The notes below the pieces were generated by a model. It saw nothing but the letters and a program-made list of their open reading frames with translations, searched no databases and was not told where the DNA came from. Below are positions 9,571 to 19,077 of a stretch of DNA of 64,000 nt, piece after piece. Numbering within the stretch: position 1 is the stretch's first letter; each line of letters starts with the position of its first letter. The DNA comes from Legionellales bacterium. Its GTDB lineage: Bacteria > Pseudomonadota > Gammaproteobacteria > JABCZS01. The position numbers and the translations under genes were made by a program. Location: NCBI GenBank assembly GCA_041660525.1, contig JBAZWD010000009.1:2829-66828 (forward strand), in the 5' to 3' direction.

Positions 9571-11370
9571 TTATTTATCCACTTTTAAAACTGCTAAAAA
9601 TGCAGATTGTGGGATTTCTATTTTACCGATTTGCTTCATCCGTTTTTTACCGGCTTTTTGCTTTTCTAATAATTTACGCTTACGGCTAATGTCGCCACCG
9701 TAACATTTTGCAGTAACATTTTTTCGCAACGCTTTTACGGTCGAGCGCGCAATGATTTGACCGCCTATGGCTGCTTGAATCGCTACATCGTACATTTGCC
9801 TTGGAATCAATTCTTTCATTTTCTCAGTGAGTAGACGCGCACGTGGCGCGGCAAAATCACGGTGCACAATCAAAGCCAATGCATCTACGGGTTCACCATT
9901 AATTAATATTTCTAGTTTAACCAAATTCGCTGTTTGGAAATGATCAAAATGATAATCCAGTGAGGCAAAACCACGGCTGATCGATTTGAGTTTATCGAAG
10001 AAATCTAATACGACTTCATTCATCGGAATATCATAAGTCAGCGCCACTTGCCTACCGGAATATTGCATTTTAATTTGTATACCGCGTTTATCGGTGCACA
10101 TTTTAATAATGCCGCCTAAGTGCTCTTGCGGAACAAATATATTCGTGCGCGCTATAGGTTCGCGAATTTCTTCAACCGTACCTGGATCAGGTAAATCCAC
10201 AGTGTTATGAATATGCAATACATCACCTTTGCGCGTGACGACTTCATAAACAACCGTAGGCGCCGTGGTAATTAAATCTAAATTATATTCACGCTCTAAA
10301 CGCTCTTGCACAATTTCCATATGCAACATGCCTAAAAATCCACAGCGAAAACCAAAACCTAAAGCCGATGACGTTTCAGGTTCATACGTTAAAGCCGCAT
10401 CATTTAAGCGCAGCTTGGCTAGTGCTTCACGAAAAGCCTCGTAGTCATCGGATTCTGTAGGAAATAAACCAGCATATACTTGTGAATTTACTTTCGCAAA
10501 ACCTGGTAAAGCTTCTTTTGAACCATTAGTAGCGTGCGTTAACGTATCACCCACAGGTGCGCCGTTAATGTCTTTAATGCCTGCAATCACAAAACCTACT
10601 TCACCGGTTTGTAATTGTGCAGTTTCACAACGCTTAGGTGTAAAAATACCCACGCTGTCTGCTGTATGGGTTTTATTGGTCGACATGACCAAAAACTTAT
10701 CGCCCTTTTTAAGCATCCCTTGTTTGATACGCACCAGCGATACCACACCTAGATAATTATCAAACCAAGAGTCAATAATTAAGGCTTGTAAAGGCGCATC
10801 ATTATTACCTAGTGGTGCTGGAATTTTTGCAACGATGACTTCTAATAATTCTTCTATGCCGATACCTGTTTTAGCACTGACCTTTACAGCATCATGCGCA
10901 TCGATACCAATAATGTCCTCGATTTCATCGATCACACGTTGTGGCTCAGCTTGCGGTAAATCAATTTTATTTAATACGGGAACAACTTCTAGACCTTGCT
11001 CAATTGCGGTATAACAATTAGCAACGGTTTGCGCTTCTACACCTTGCGCAGCATCTACAACTAATAATGCACCTTCACAAGCGGCAAGGGATCGCGAAAC
11101 TTCGTAAGAAAAATCCACGTGTCCTGGGGTATCAATAAAATTAAGCTGATAACTTTGATTATCCTTGGCTTTATAATACAAAGTCACACTTTGTGCTTTG
11201 ATAGTGATCCCGCGTTCGCGTTCTAGATCCATGCTATCGAGCACTTGCTCGGCCATTTCTCTGTCTTCAAGACCACCACAAAACTGAATTAATCGATCAG
11301 ACAGGGTCGACTTGCCATGATCAATATGCGCAATGATAGAAAAATTACGAATATTTTGTTGTAACTGCAT
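9571..11370 (-). CDS. lepA: Elongation factor 4 (LepA)
   Basis: [11 protein letters not shown] and DTPGHVDF motifs. 599 aa. Confidence 0.98.
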   Translation of the reverse strand: MQLQQNIRNFSIIAHIDHGKSTLSDRLIQFCGGLEDREMAEQVLDSMDLERERGITIKAQSVTLYYKAKDNQSYQLNFIDTPGHVDFSYEVSRSLAACEGALLVVDAAQGVEAQTVANCYTAIEQGLEVVPVLNKIDLPQAEPQRVIDEIEDIIGIDAHDAVKVSAKTGIGIEELLEVIVAKIPAPLGNNDAPLQALIIDSWFDNYLGVVSLVRIKQGMLKKGDKFLVMSTNKTHTADSVGIFTPKRCETAQLQTGEVGFVIAGIKDINGAPVGDTLTHATNGSKEALPGFAKVNSQVYAGLFPTESDDYEAFREALAKLRLNDAALTYEPETSSALGFGFRCGFLGMLHMEIVQERLEREYNLDLITTAPTVVYEVVTRKGDVLHIHNTVDLPDPGTVEEIREPIARTNIFVPQEHLGGIIKMCTDKRGIQIKMQYSGRQVALTYDIPMNEVVLDFFDKLKSISRGFASLDYHFDHFQTANLVKLEILINGEPVDALALIVHRDFAAPRARLLTEKMKELIPRQMYDVAIQAAIGGQIIARSTVKALRKNVTAKCYGGDISRKRKLLEKQKAGKKRMKQIGKIEIPQSAFLAVLKVDK

Positions 11371-11385
11371 TAGTTTACACGCATC

Positions 11386-12798
11386 CTACGGCTGCTTTGG
11401 CTGCGGACGAATCGCTAAATACCGTTGCGGTTCACCGCGACGTGTAACTAACATCGATATCGCTTGACCATCTTTAACATCTTGCATGATATTCGCTAAA
11501 TCCTCTGGATTTCTCACGGGTATATTATTCACCGTTAAAATCACATCACCCGGACGTAAACGTGCTTTTGATGCTGGACTATTATTGGCCACTTGCACGA
11601 CTAATACGCCACGTTTAGTATCGGTTAAATCTAAACGCGCTCTTTCTTCGTCCGTTAATTCACGCACATTTAAACCTAAACGGTTACTTTCCGTACCTTC
11701 TTGTGTGCCGCCGACTTCTGCTAATTCTTCTTCAGCAGGTAATTCCGTAATTTTAACGGTAACGATTTTTTGTTTACTTTCACGGATAACCGTTAAATCT
11801 ACTTTTTCATTCGGCTTTGTTAAACCTACTAAGTGGGGTAAATCCGCAGCATGTTCAACGCGTTTATCACCAAAATGCGTAATAATATCGCCAGGCAATA
11901 ATCCGCCTTTAGAAGCTGGGCTATCAGGAACAACTTCTGCTACTAAAGCACCTCTGGGTTGTTTTAAACCAAAAGATTCCGCTAAATTACGATCGATATC
12001 TTGGAATAATACCCCGAGCCAGCCGCGTGTCACATGGCCACTACTTTTGAGTTGTTCAATAACATCAACAGCCACGTCTGAAGGAATGGCAAAAGATAAA
12101 CCTAAATAACCACCACTGCGGCTCACAATTTGTGCATTAATACCCACGACTTCGCCGCGCATATTAAATAAAGGACCACCGGAATTACCAGGATTAATTG
12201 CAACATCGGTTTGAATAAACGGTACATATTTTTCTGTTTGTAAGGGGCGGCCTTTAGCACTCACAATGCCGGCAGTGACAGAATAATCAAAACCAAAAGG
12301 AGCACCTATGGCTACAACCCACTCACCTACTTGTAAATCTGTGGATGATCCAAATTTCACAGGCACTAATTCATTTTCCGGTTCAATTTTTAATAAGGCT
12401 AAATCGCTACCTGGATCTGCACCCACCATTTTGGCATCGTATTCATCACCGTCTATGGTGCGCACAATGATTTCATCAGAATCTTGAATCACATGATTGC
12501 TGGTCAGGATGTAACCGTCTTTAGAAATAATAAATCCTGAGCCTAAGGATTCGCTGTCAAATTCTTCAGGTGAAAAAGGACGGCCAAAAAATTGCTCAAA
12601 CATATCGCCAAATTCATCCGGTGCGCCATCAAAGCGGTATTGATCAGCAATCGCTTCCGCATTACGCGTGCTGCTGATATTCACAACCGTTGGGCTTAAT
12701 TCTTTTGATAAATGGGTAAAGTCTGGTAACTGCGCAAATACCGCACTACTTAAAACCAAAAGACACAAAGGGGAAATTAACCGGATCAAACGATTCAT
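11386..12798 (-). CDS. degP: Periplasmic serine endoprotease, HtrA/DegP/MucD family
   Basis: Signal peptide, catalytic H (TSNHV), D, and S (GNSGGPL), plus two PDZ domains. Start chosen at the ATG at 12798 preceded by GAAGGAG; the ORF track extends to 12822. Confidence 0.93.
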   Translation of the reverse strand: MNRLIRLISPLCLLVLSSAVFAQLPDFTHLSKELSPTVVNISSTRNAEAIADQYRFDGAPDEFGDMFEQFFGRPFSPEEFDSESLGSGFIISKDGYILTSNHVIQDSDEIIVRTIDGDEYDAKMVGADPGSDLALLKIEPENELVPVKFGSSTDLQVGEWVVAIGAPFGFDYSVTAGIVSAKGRPLQTEKYVPFIQTDVAINPGNSGGPLFNMRGEVVGINAQIVSRSGGYLGLSFAIPSDVAVDVIEQLKSSGHVTRGWLGVLFQDIDRNLAESFGLKQPRGALVAEVVPDSPASKGGLLPGDIITHFGDKRVEHAADLPHLVGLTKPNEKVDLTVIRESKQKIVTVKITELPAEEELAEVGGTQEGTESNRLGLNVRELTDEERARLDLTDTKRGVLVVQVANNSPASKARLRPGDVILTVNNIPVRNPEDLANIMQDVKDGQAISMLVTRRGEPQRYLAIRPQPKQP

Positions 12799-12836
12799 AT
12801 GCGCTCCTTCAAATATATCCATTCATTATACGCATT

Positions 12837-13451
12837 TCAATCGCGCAGTAAAGGCTGCACTTGATTATCAATTGCCTCACGCGCACGAAAAATTCGCGAT
12901 CGGACCGTACCTAAAGGACAATGCATAATCTGGGCTATTTCATCATAGCTTAAACCTTCTAATTCGCGCAGAATAATCGATACGCGCAATTCTAAAGGTA
13001 AGGTATTAATGACTTGAAATACGGTGCGTTCGATTTCATCACGCAATAACAATTGTTCAGGATTAACATCAGCGCGCAGCTCGATATCCAATTGTGCATC
13101 CACATCCCGATCCGGGGGCCGGCGTGTTAATGCTATCAAATAATTTTTGGCAGTATTCACGGCAATACGATAAACCCAGGTATAAAAAGAACTAGTGCCC
13201 CGAAAATGATCCAAGGCGCGATAAGCTTTAATAAAGGTTTCCTGAGTTAAATCAAAAACTTCATGGGGATCACGGACATAGCGAGCAATGACTTTTTCCA
13301 GCCGCGTTTGGTATTTGAGGACAAGTAAGTTGAATGCCTGATTATCACCCTGCTGCGCACGGCGCACCAAAGCCGCATCGGCTAGACGCTCACTAATTAA
13401 TACATCCTCTTTTATTGCGATGCTATTTAGTTTATTATGATGACTATCCAT
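12837..13451 (-). CDS. rpoE: ECF sigma factor RpoE (sigma-24)
   Basis: Strong similarity to E. coli RpoE (FYTWVYRIAVNTAKNYL, GTVRSRIFRAREAIDNQVQPL). Start taken at MDSHH (ATG 13451), not the longer ORF-track start at 13580. Confidence 0.92.
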   Translation of the reverse strand: MDSHHNKLNSIAIKEDVLISERLADAALVRRAQQGDNQAFNLLVLKYQTRLEKVIARYVRDPHEVFDLTQETFIKAYRALDHFRGTSSFYTWVYRIAVNTAKNYLIALTRRPPDRDVDAQLDIELRADVNPEQLLLRDEIERTVFQVINTLPLELRVSIILRELEGLSYDEIAQIMHCPLGTVRSRIFRAREAIDNQVQPLLRD

Positions 13452-15021
13452 GAACTCTCTTTTAAAATACGATACCCTAATTATCGGCAGCGGCGCCGCA
13501 GGACTGAGTCTCGCCCTGCATTTGCCAGAAAATACACGCATCGCTTTGATCTGTAAAGACACATTAACTGAAGGCAGCACCTATTATGCCCAAGGCGGCG
13601 TGGCTGCGGTTTTTGATGAAAATGATAGTTTTGAAGCTCATATTAATGACACATTAGTTACCGGTGACTATTTAAGCGACCCTAAAGTTGTTACACATGT
13701 AGTCAATCAAGCCGTACCCTGTATTGCTTGGCTGCGCGAATTAGGTGTTCATTTTACGGAAAAAAAATCCGGAAATGGCCAGCTGCATTTAACCCAAGAA
13801 GCAGGGCACAGTCACAGACGCGTTGTTCATGCGGCTGATGCTACCGGAAAATCTGTTTCCACGACCTTAATTGATTTAGTCAAAGCCCGAAAAAATATTG
13901 ATTTATTTTCCCATCATGTCGCCATTGATTTAATCAAAAAAAATAAGCTATGCATGGGCGCTTATATTTACGACAGTAAAACCGCTAAAACCTTAAGTTT
14001 TGCTGCAAAATCTGTGGTATTAGCCACTGGCGGTGCGAGTCGGGTTTATTTATATAGCACTAATCCTGCAGTATCCAGCGGCGATGGCATTGCGATGGCT
14101 TGGCGTTGCGGCGCACACGTTGCAAATTTAGAATTTAATCAATTTCACCCCACGTGTTTATATCACCCACATGCAGGTTCATTATTATTAACCGAAGCCA
14201 TCAGAGGCGAAGGTGGTACTTTACATTTAAAAACCGGTGAACGTTTCCTAGAAAAATTTGATCCGCGCCAAGAATTAGCGCCACGTGATATTGTTGCACG
14301 TGCTATTGATCATGAAATGAAACGCTTAGGTCATGAACATGTTTACTTAGATATAAGCCATAAAAATCCAGATTTTGTTAAAAATCATTTTCCCAATTTA
14401 TACCAACGCTGTTTGCAATTTGGTTTTGATATGACAAAAGAAGCATTGCCCGTAGTCCCCGCTGCACATTACACATGCGGTGGCGTTGTTACCGATTTAA
14501 ACGGACAAACGTGTATTCCAGGTTTATATGCGATCGGCGAAGTTGCGCACACAGGTTTACACGGTGCTAATCGTATGGCCAGCAATTCATTATTAGAATG
14601 TTTAGTCTTCGCAAAAAGCTGCGCCGATCATATTATAAAAACTCTGCCCGATAGAGAATTTTTAAACGAAATTCCCATTTGGGATGAAAGCCAAGTCAGC
14701 CCTGCCCATGAAAATGTCATGATTCATCATAACTGGGATGAACTGCGTCGCGTGATGTGGAATTATGTAGGTATAGTGCGATCGAACCAGCGGTTAAAAC
14801 AAGCACGCGAGAGAATTAATATTTTAAAACAAGAAGTCGCCGATTATTATGCAAAATTTTACATTCATCCAGATTTAATCGAGCTGCGAAATTTAGTGAC
14901 GGTTGCCGATCTGATGGTTCAATGCGCTATGCTTCGAGCTGAAAATCGCGGCTTGCATTATAATATTGATCTAGTTGATGCGCCCAAGTTGCCCGCTCAA
15001 AATACCGTATTAATTCCGTAA
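13450..15021 (+). CDS. nadB: L-aspartate oxidase
   Basis: N-terminal DTLIIGSGAAGLSLAL FAD fold. 523 aa. Divergent from rpoE as in E. coli. Confidence 0.96.
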   Translation: MNSLLKYDTLIIGSGAAGLSLALHLPENTRIALICKDTLTEGSTYYAQGGVAAVFDENDSFEAHINDTLVTGDYLSDPKVVTHVVNQAVPCIAWLRELGVHFTEKKSGNGQLHLTQEAGHSHRRVVHAADATGKSVSTTLIDLVKARKNIDLFSHHVAIDLIKKNKLCMGAYIYDSKTAKTLSFAAKSVVLATGGASRVYLYSTNPAVSSGDGIAMAWRCGAHVANLEFNQFHPTCLYHPHAGSLLLTEAIRGEGGTLHLKTGERFLEKFDPRQELAPRDIVARAIDHEMKRLGHEHVYLDISHKNPDFVKNHFPNLYQRCLQFGFDMTKEALPVVPAAHYTCGGVVTDLNGQTCIPGLYAIGEVAHTGLHGANRMASNSLLECLVFAKSCADHIIKTLPDREFLNEIPIWDESQVSPAHENVMIHHNWDELRRVMWNYVGIVRSNQRLKQARERINILKQEVADYYAKFYIHPDLIELRNLVTVADLMVQCAMLRAENRGLHYNIDLVDAPKLPAQNTVLIP

Positions 15022-15381
15022 AATCATTTGCAGTGCTCGCCAATCCGATTTATTGAATTGATGACGAAATAATATTACTTTCATGTGATTACAAAATCGC
15101 AAAATCACCAAAAAATCGCTAATATAATTTTTATTCAAAAGCAACACTGTCTGTTCTTTTTCATTTAATAAATAGAGCTTCCAATTATTATATTGAACAT
15201 GCTGAAATGATTTTATCAAACACTTTGTATTTTTAGAATAAAGATAAGATAAAAAAACAAGCGCACAAAACCATTTTGAAACAGGCAAGATTAATATAAT
15301 AAACAATGCCAATAAATGAATTAAAATAACCCAGTTACGTAAAAAATTTGATGGTTTTATGTCAAAGTGTTTGTTGCGCAT
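15010..15381 (-). CDS. ygfX: YgfX (CptA)-like small inner-membrane protein
   Basis: Two TM helices after ...NWVILIHLLALFIILILP and a C-terminal DWRALQMIL motif like E. coli YgfX. Immediately downstream of sdhE. Start inferred at the ATG at 15381; the ORF track starts at 15432. Confidence 0.6.
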   Translation of the reverse strand: MRNKHFDIKPSNFLRNWVILIHLLALFIILILPVSKWFCALVFLSYLYSKNTKCLIKSFQHVQYNNWKLYLLNEKEQTVLLLNKNYISDFLVILRFCNHMKVILFRHQFNKSDWRALQMILRN

Positions 15382-15616
15382 GCGCGCGGATTTTATCACA
15401 CAATGCTTGTAAAGTGGAATCATCACACACACTCACACCCAACAACCAATTGTATAAATCTTGATCAGCTTCTTGCAGCAATAATACAAATGTATGTCGA
15501 TCCGTCTCGGACAAATCGTCATAACAGTCATCAAAGAAAGTCATTAAAAAACAATCTAATTCCAACATACCCCGCCGGCATGCCCAGCGTAATTGATTTT
15601 TGTTAGGTGTTACCAA
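15362..15616 (-). CDS. sdhE: FAD assembly factor SdhE (YgfY)
   Basis: 84 aa with LRWACRRGMLELD (RGxxE motif). TTG start. Confidence 0.9.
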   Translation of the reverse strand: MVTPNKNQLRWACRRGMLELDCFLMTFFDDCYDDLSETDRHTFVLLLQEADQDLYNWLLGVSVCDDSTLQALCDKIRAHAQQTL

Positions 15617-15644
15617 AGTAAATTGAATCCTCTATAATAGTCCG

Positions 15645-16280
15645 ATGAATATAACATCTCCCACTCATTTTGGCACGCTCAAAGTCCATGGCCTCGACGC
15701 CACCGCTTTTTTACAAGGTCAACTTACTTCAGATATTCACCTGCTCACAACAGGCGCGCATCAATTAACTGCTTTTTGTAACCGCCAAGGCCGTGTACTC
15801 GCATTAATGGACATTTTTCGTCTTAATGAGGATTACTTCCTAACCCTACCCCAGGAATTACTCCCAATTATCCAAAAAGAACTGCAAAAATATATCGTAT
15901 CCTCAAAAGTTAAAATAGATGACTACAGCCACGAATATACCCTAACAGTCAGCCAAGACTTTAGATTAAGCCAAATGAAAGCCTTAATACCTTTTATAGG
16001 ACTTGATCAAACCGCACAATTCCTACCCCATCCTTTAGGATTAGTAAAATTAGGCGCAGTCAGCTTTAATAAAGGCTGCTTTGTTGGCCAAGAAATTATC
16101 GCGCGCATGCAACACCGCGCCACCCTCACCAAAGAATTACAATACCTGGAAGTCTCAGAAGATGCCTTGCCTGCTTTGCAAGAAACCCAAACCATGGTTA
16201 ATACCTTAAAAATCAATCCACAAACCTATGCGGTTCTAGTCATTACTGACACAAAAATGCTCTATACTACAAGTGATTAA
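15645..16280 (+). CDS. ygfZ: Folate-binding Fe-S cluster repair protein YgfZ, compact form
   Basis: KGCFVGQEIIARM signature. Only 211 aa versus about 326 aa in E. coli. Confidence 0.8.
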   Translation: MNITSPTHFGTLKVHGLDATAFLQGQLTSDIHLLTTGAHQLTAFCNRQGRVLALMDIFRLNEDYFLTLPQELLPIIQKELQKYIVSSKVKIDDYSHEYTLTVSQDFRLSQMKALIPFIGLDQTAQFLPHPLGLVKLGAVSFNKGCFVGQEIIARMQHRATLTKELQYLEVSEDALPALQETQTMVNTLKINPQTYAVLVITDTKMLYTTSD

Positions 16281-16294
16281 CTTCAAATGGACTC

Positions 16295-17281
16295 TTGTTT
16301 ATGATCGTGCAAAATCAGATGTTGAGCTGTTTCTTCCCCACCACCGTGGTTTTTATTGATGATAATACCCATCATCTGGAAGCGATGCTCTCAACCATTA
16401 ATATGCAACATGCAGTACCTAAATTATTTAGCGACCCGGTGCACGCTGTGGGATTTATTAACCACCATCCGTCTATTTTGCAACGCTCTTCACAAATTCA
16501 ATATGATAATGATATCCGCAGCTTTCACCAAAAAATAATCGGTCATGGCGATCAACGTTTTCATGAACTCACCGTTGTAGTTTGCGATTACGCTATGCCA
16601 CAAAAAAACGGTTTGGAAGTTTTACAAGATATTAAAAAGCGTGAACTTAAAACCATTATGCTTACCGGTGAAGCCAGTGAAACCCTAGCGGTTGAAGCAT
16701 TCAATCGCGGTTTAATCGATCATTTCATGCATAAAGAAACACCAGATTTTACCCAAACAATTAATAATACTATTTTATCGCTGCAACAAGATTATATTTT
16801 TAGAGAAACCGGTTTAATCGTTGATAATATTATTCTAGGCAAGCTCCCCAGAAGTTGCGCCCTCACTGATCCGATGTTTTTTAAATTATTCAATGAAGTC
16901 GTAAAAAAATGCAACATCATCGAATATTATTTACTTGATGATGAAGGCAGTTATTTAATGCTCGATCAAAAAGGACAAGTTTTCATTTTAGCTATTTTAG
17001 AAGCTGTCGGCCTAGAAGCCATGGCGCAACAAGCTATCGATGAATTTGCACCCGATAATATTGTAAAAGCATTAGAGAGCAAAAAATACATGCCTTTCTT
17101 TTATTCAAAAGAAGATGCCGCAACACCGGCAACTGAATGGAGTAATTTCTTATATCCAGCCCATGCTTTAAAAGGACAACAAACTTATTATTACAGCGTG
17201 ATTCCGCACAGTAAGATTCATCAGCCTAAGATACATCCTAACCAAACGTTTGAGCATTTCCTGGAACATGCGCATGATTAA
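16295..17281 (+). CDS. Response-regulator receiver protein with an unassigned ~190-aa C-terminal domain
   Basis: Receiver landmarks: VVFIDDN, VVVCDYAMPQKNG (putative phospho-Asp at about residue 98), IMLTGEA, HFMHKE. No HTH, GGDEF or other output domain is recognisable. TTG at 16295, ATG at 16301. Confidence 0.75.
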   Translation: MFMIVQNQMLSCFFPTTVVFIDDNTHHLEAMLSTINMQHAVPKLFSDPVHAVGFINHHPSILQRSSQIQYDNDIRSFHQKIIGHGDQRFHELTVVVCDYAMPQKNGLEVLQDIKKRELKTIMLTGEASETLAVEAFNRGLIDHFMHKETPDFTQTINNTILSLQQDYIFRETGLIVDNIILGKLPRSCALTDPMFFKLFNEVVKKCNIIEYYLLDDEGSYLMLDQKGQVFILAILEAVGLEAMAQQAIDEFAPDNIVKALESKKYMPFFYSKEDAATPATEWSNFLYPAHALKGQQTYYYSVIPHSKIHQPKIHPNQTFEHFLEHAHD

Positions 17282-18878
17282 CTTGCACTGAAGTCAAAGC
17301 ACTGGAAACACTTGCGGTAGTAGTTGGCGAAGTAGATGTAGATGTCTTATCTTCCCATTTCGTCAGTAGTGTTGATTTTTTTGTAAAATTACTTACCGCC
17401 TCGTTACCCGCTGTAAGCGATAAAGTCGCTAAACCACCCACTTTTACAAACTCAGCTTGTTCACTGGGTACTTGACCATCATTCGATTGCCCTGCAACAG
17501 CGGCCGCATTTAAAAGTTGGCCAAATATTCTTATGCGAAATTCATTTATTTTTTCCCAAAAGCTTACATTTGGAATTATTTCTTCAGCAAGCAAAGCACT
17601 TGCTGCAGTTTTCATGGCAAAAGGTGTATTTGCAACCATAGCACCATAGGTGATTATTTCAGAGGTAATATTACCTATTTGCTTACCATAAGGCCCTTTT
17701 AATATTTCTTCAGATATACCGTTACCCACAGTGTCGCCACCTGAAGATAAAACGCCTTCCATAGCGGCAAATATAGGAACAAATAATAAGACTAAAAAAA
17801 CTTGTATGAATTTAACACATAGTAAAACTATTTCTATAACTGCGGTGGCAATGATTCTCAAGCTATCTTTTAATGCTGCCCATTTTTTATTCCATGAAGA
17901 ATCCAATAGTATGTCTAAAATATTTAGAGCTAAATACAGGCATCCTTCCCAGGCATTTGCCCAATAAGCTTTAAATCCTGTTACTAAAGTTTTACAAAAA
18001 ATAGCTAATGCGTTTATCGAAAATATACCATCGCCATTATATTGTTCTTTTAATTTGGCATCTAAATGCAATAAGCTAGCCCAACTACGGGCAGCTAACA
18101 ATCCGTAGATAATTCCAAAGAGTGCTAAGATAATACCCATAAATATACAAGCAGGTATCACAATCCAAGGGCTACTCAAAGCTAAAATAATCGGGAAAAC
18201 CCATTTGCCAAAAACTCCGACAACCGCAATAACATAAAAGACGCTTAATACACAACCTGCATTTAAAATTCTAAAATGATTTTCAGTAAACTCTGTTTCA
18301 ACACCATCATCCGATTTATTTTTTTTGAAACCCTCCGCCCAACTTAAATTATAATCTTTGTCCATAGTTACAAATAATTTAATTACTGTTTCTCCAAGTT
18401 TATTAAACTGTAAATTATAATTGATAAAATAACTGGCTGAAAAAAGTAATAATCCTATTGGTAAGATGTAATAGCCAAAACTTAATAAAAATATAGAAGC
18501 CAAAATTAAAAGAAAAAATTTAATATTTTCTTTTTGATTTTTTGTTAGCTCAATCTTTGCTTTTTTTTCATCTGTTATCTTATCTTTTTCCTTTTGATCA
18601 TCTGTTAGTCTAATTAGGGATAATATTTTATCCATTATCGTTTGGTAAGCAATGGCAATTAAAATTAAAAAAACGATAGGAGGAGCTGCCACCCAGGGCA
18701 TTGTTAAATACCTTAATAAAACCTCTTGCGTAACCATAGAAGTCGAATTCGTACTAGCGCACAATCCAAATACAATATTGGCTTTATTTTGATTGAGCTC
18801 AATGAATATTTGCCAATCTTTATTGGCTTTTATTCTAGCTTCAATTGTAGGATCCAAGTGGGGCATATAGCACCGCAA
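17238..18878 (-). CDS. Orphan multi-pass membrane protein (about 8 TM) with S/T-rich C-terminal tail
   Basis: 546-aa ORF with several long hydrophobic segments. KE-rich loop (DDQKEKDKITDEKKAK). Tail is KTSTSTSPTTTASVSSALTS. TTG at 18878; the first ATG is at 18866. Confidence 0.7.
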   Translation of the reverse strand: MRCYMPHLDPTIEARIKANKDWQIFIELNQNKANIVFGLCASTNSTSMVTQEVLLRYLTMPWVAAPPIVFLILIAIAYQTIMDKILSLIRLTDDQKEKDKITDEKKAKIELTKNQKENIKFFLLILASIFLLSFGYYILPIGLLLFSASYFINYNLQFNKLGETVIKLFVTMDKDYNLSWAEGFKKNKSDDGVETEFTENHFRILNAGCVLSVFYVIAVVGVFGKWVFPIILALSSPWIVIPACIFMGIILALFGIIYGLLAARSWASLLHLDAKLKEQYNGDGIFSINALAIFCKTLVTGFKAYWANAWEGCLYLALNILDILLDSSWNKKWAALKDSLRIIATAVIEIVLLCVKFIQVFLVLLFVPIFAAMEGVLSSGGDTVGNGISEEILKGPYGKQIGNITSEIITYGAMVANTPFAMKTAASALLAEEIIPNVSFWEKINEFRIRIFGQLLNAAAVAGQSNDGQVPSEQAEFVKVGGLATLSLTAGNEAVSNFTKKSTLLTKWEDKTSTSTSPTTTASVSSALTSVQVNHAHVPGNAQTFG

Positions 18879-19077
18879 TATAAGAGGTTGTTATTTAAAA
18901 GTGTTTTAAAATGGCAAGCTGTTGCTAGTAATAACTAACAACAGCGGCTACAGATGCAAGCTGTGCAGCTTAATTGGGGGAGAAACGAAAATTTTGGGAG
19001 ATTTTTACTCATAGTTAGAACATATCACCGTAAGCTGGGCATGTCAATTGCTTTTTGACAGGTATATAATATAAGCC

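Noticed and set aside
11486-12109. 207-aa ORF antisense to degP. Similar long antisense ORFs at 34015-34563 (dnaE) and 50452-50862 (tsf).
   Set aside because: They have no SD or recognisable motifs, are fully embedded in strongly supported conserved genes, and have low-complexity S/T/P-rich translations typical of antisense frames.
12837-13580. Longer 247-aa version of the rpoE ORF from the track
   Set aside because: The extra 43 residues have no counterpart in RpoE orthologs and would overlap nadB by 131 nt. The ATG at 13451 gives an ortholog-like N-terminus.
18926-18953. Imperfect hairpin GCTGTTGCTAG...CTAACAACAGC in the divergent region between the membrane orphan and nadC
   Set aside because: It has one mismatch and lies upstream of both genes rather than downstream of any. 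I cannot assign it a regulatory role.
19055-19070. TTGACA (19055-19060) and TATAAT (19065-19070) upstream of nadC as a canonical sigma-70 pair
   Set aside because: The two hexamers are only 4 nt apart, so they cannot function together. Only the TATAAT was retained, in the leaderless-mRNA hypothesis.
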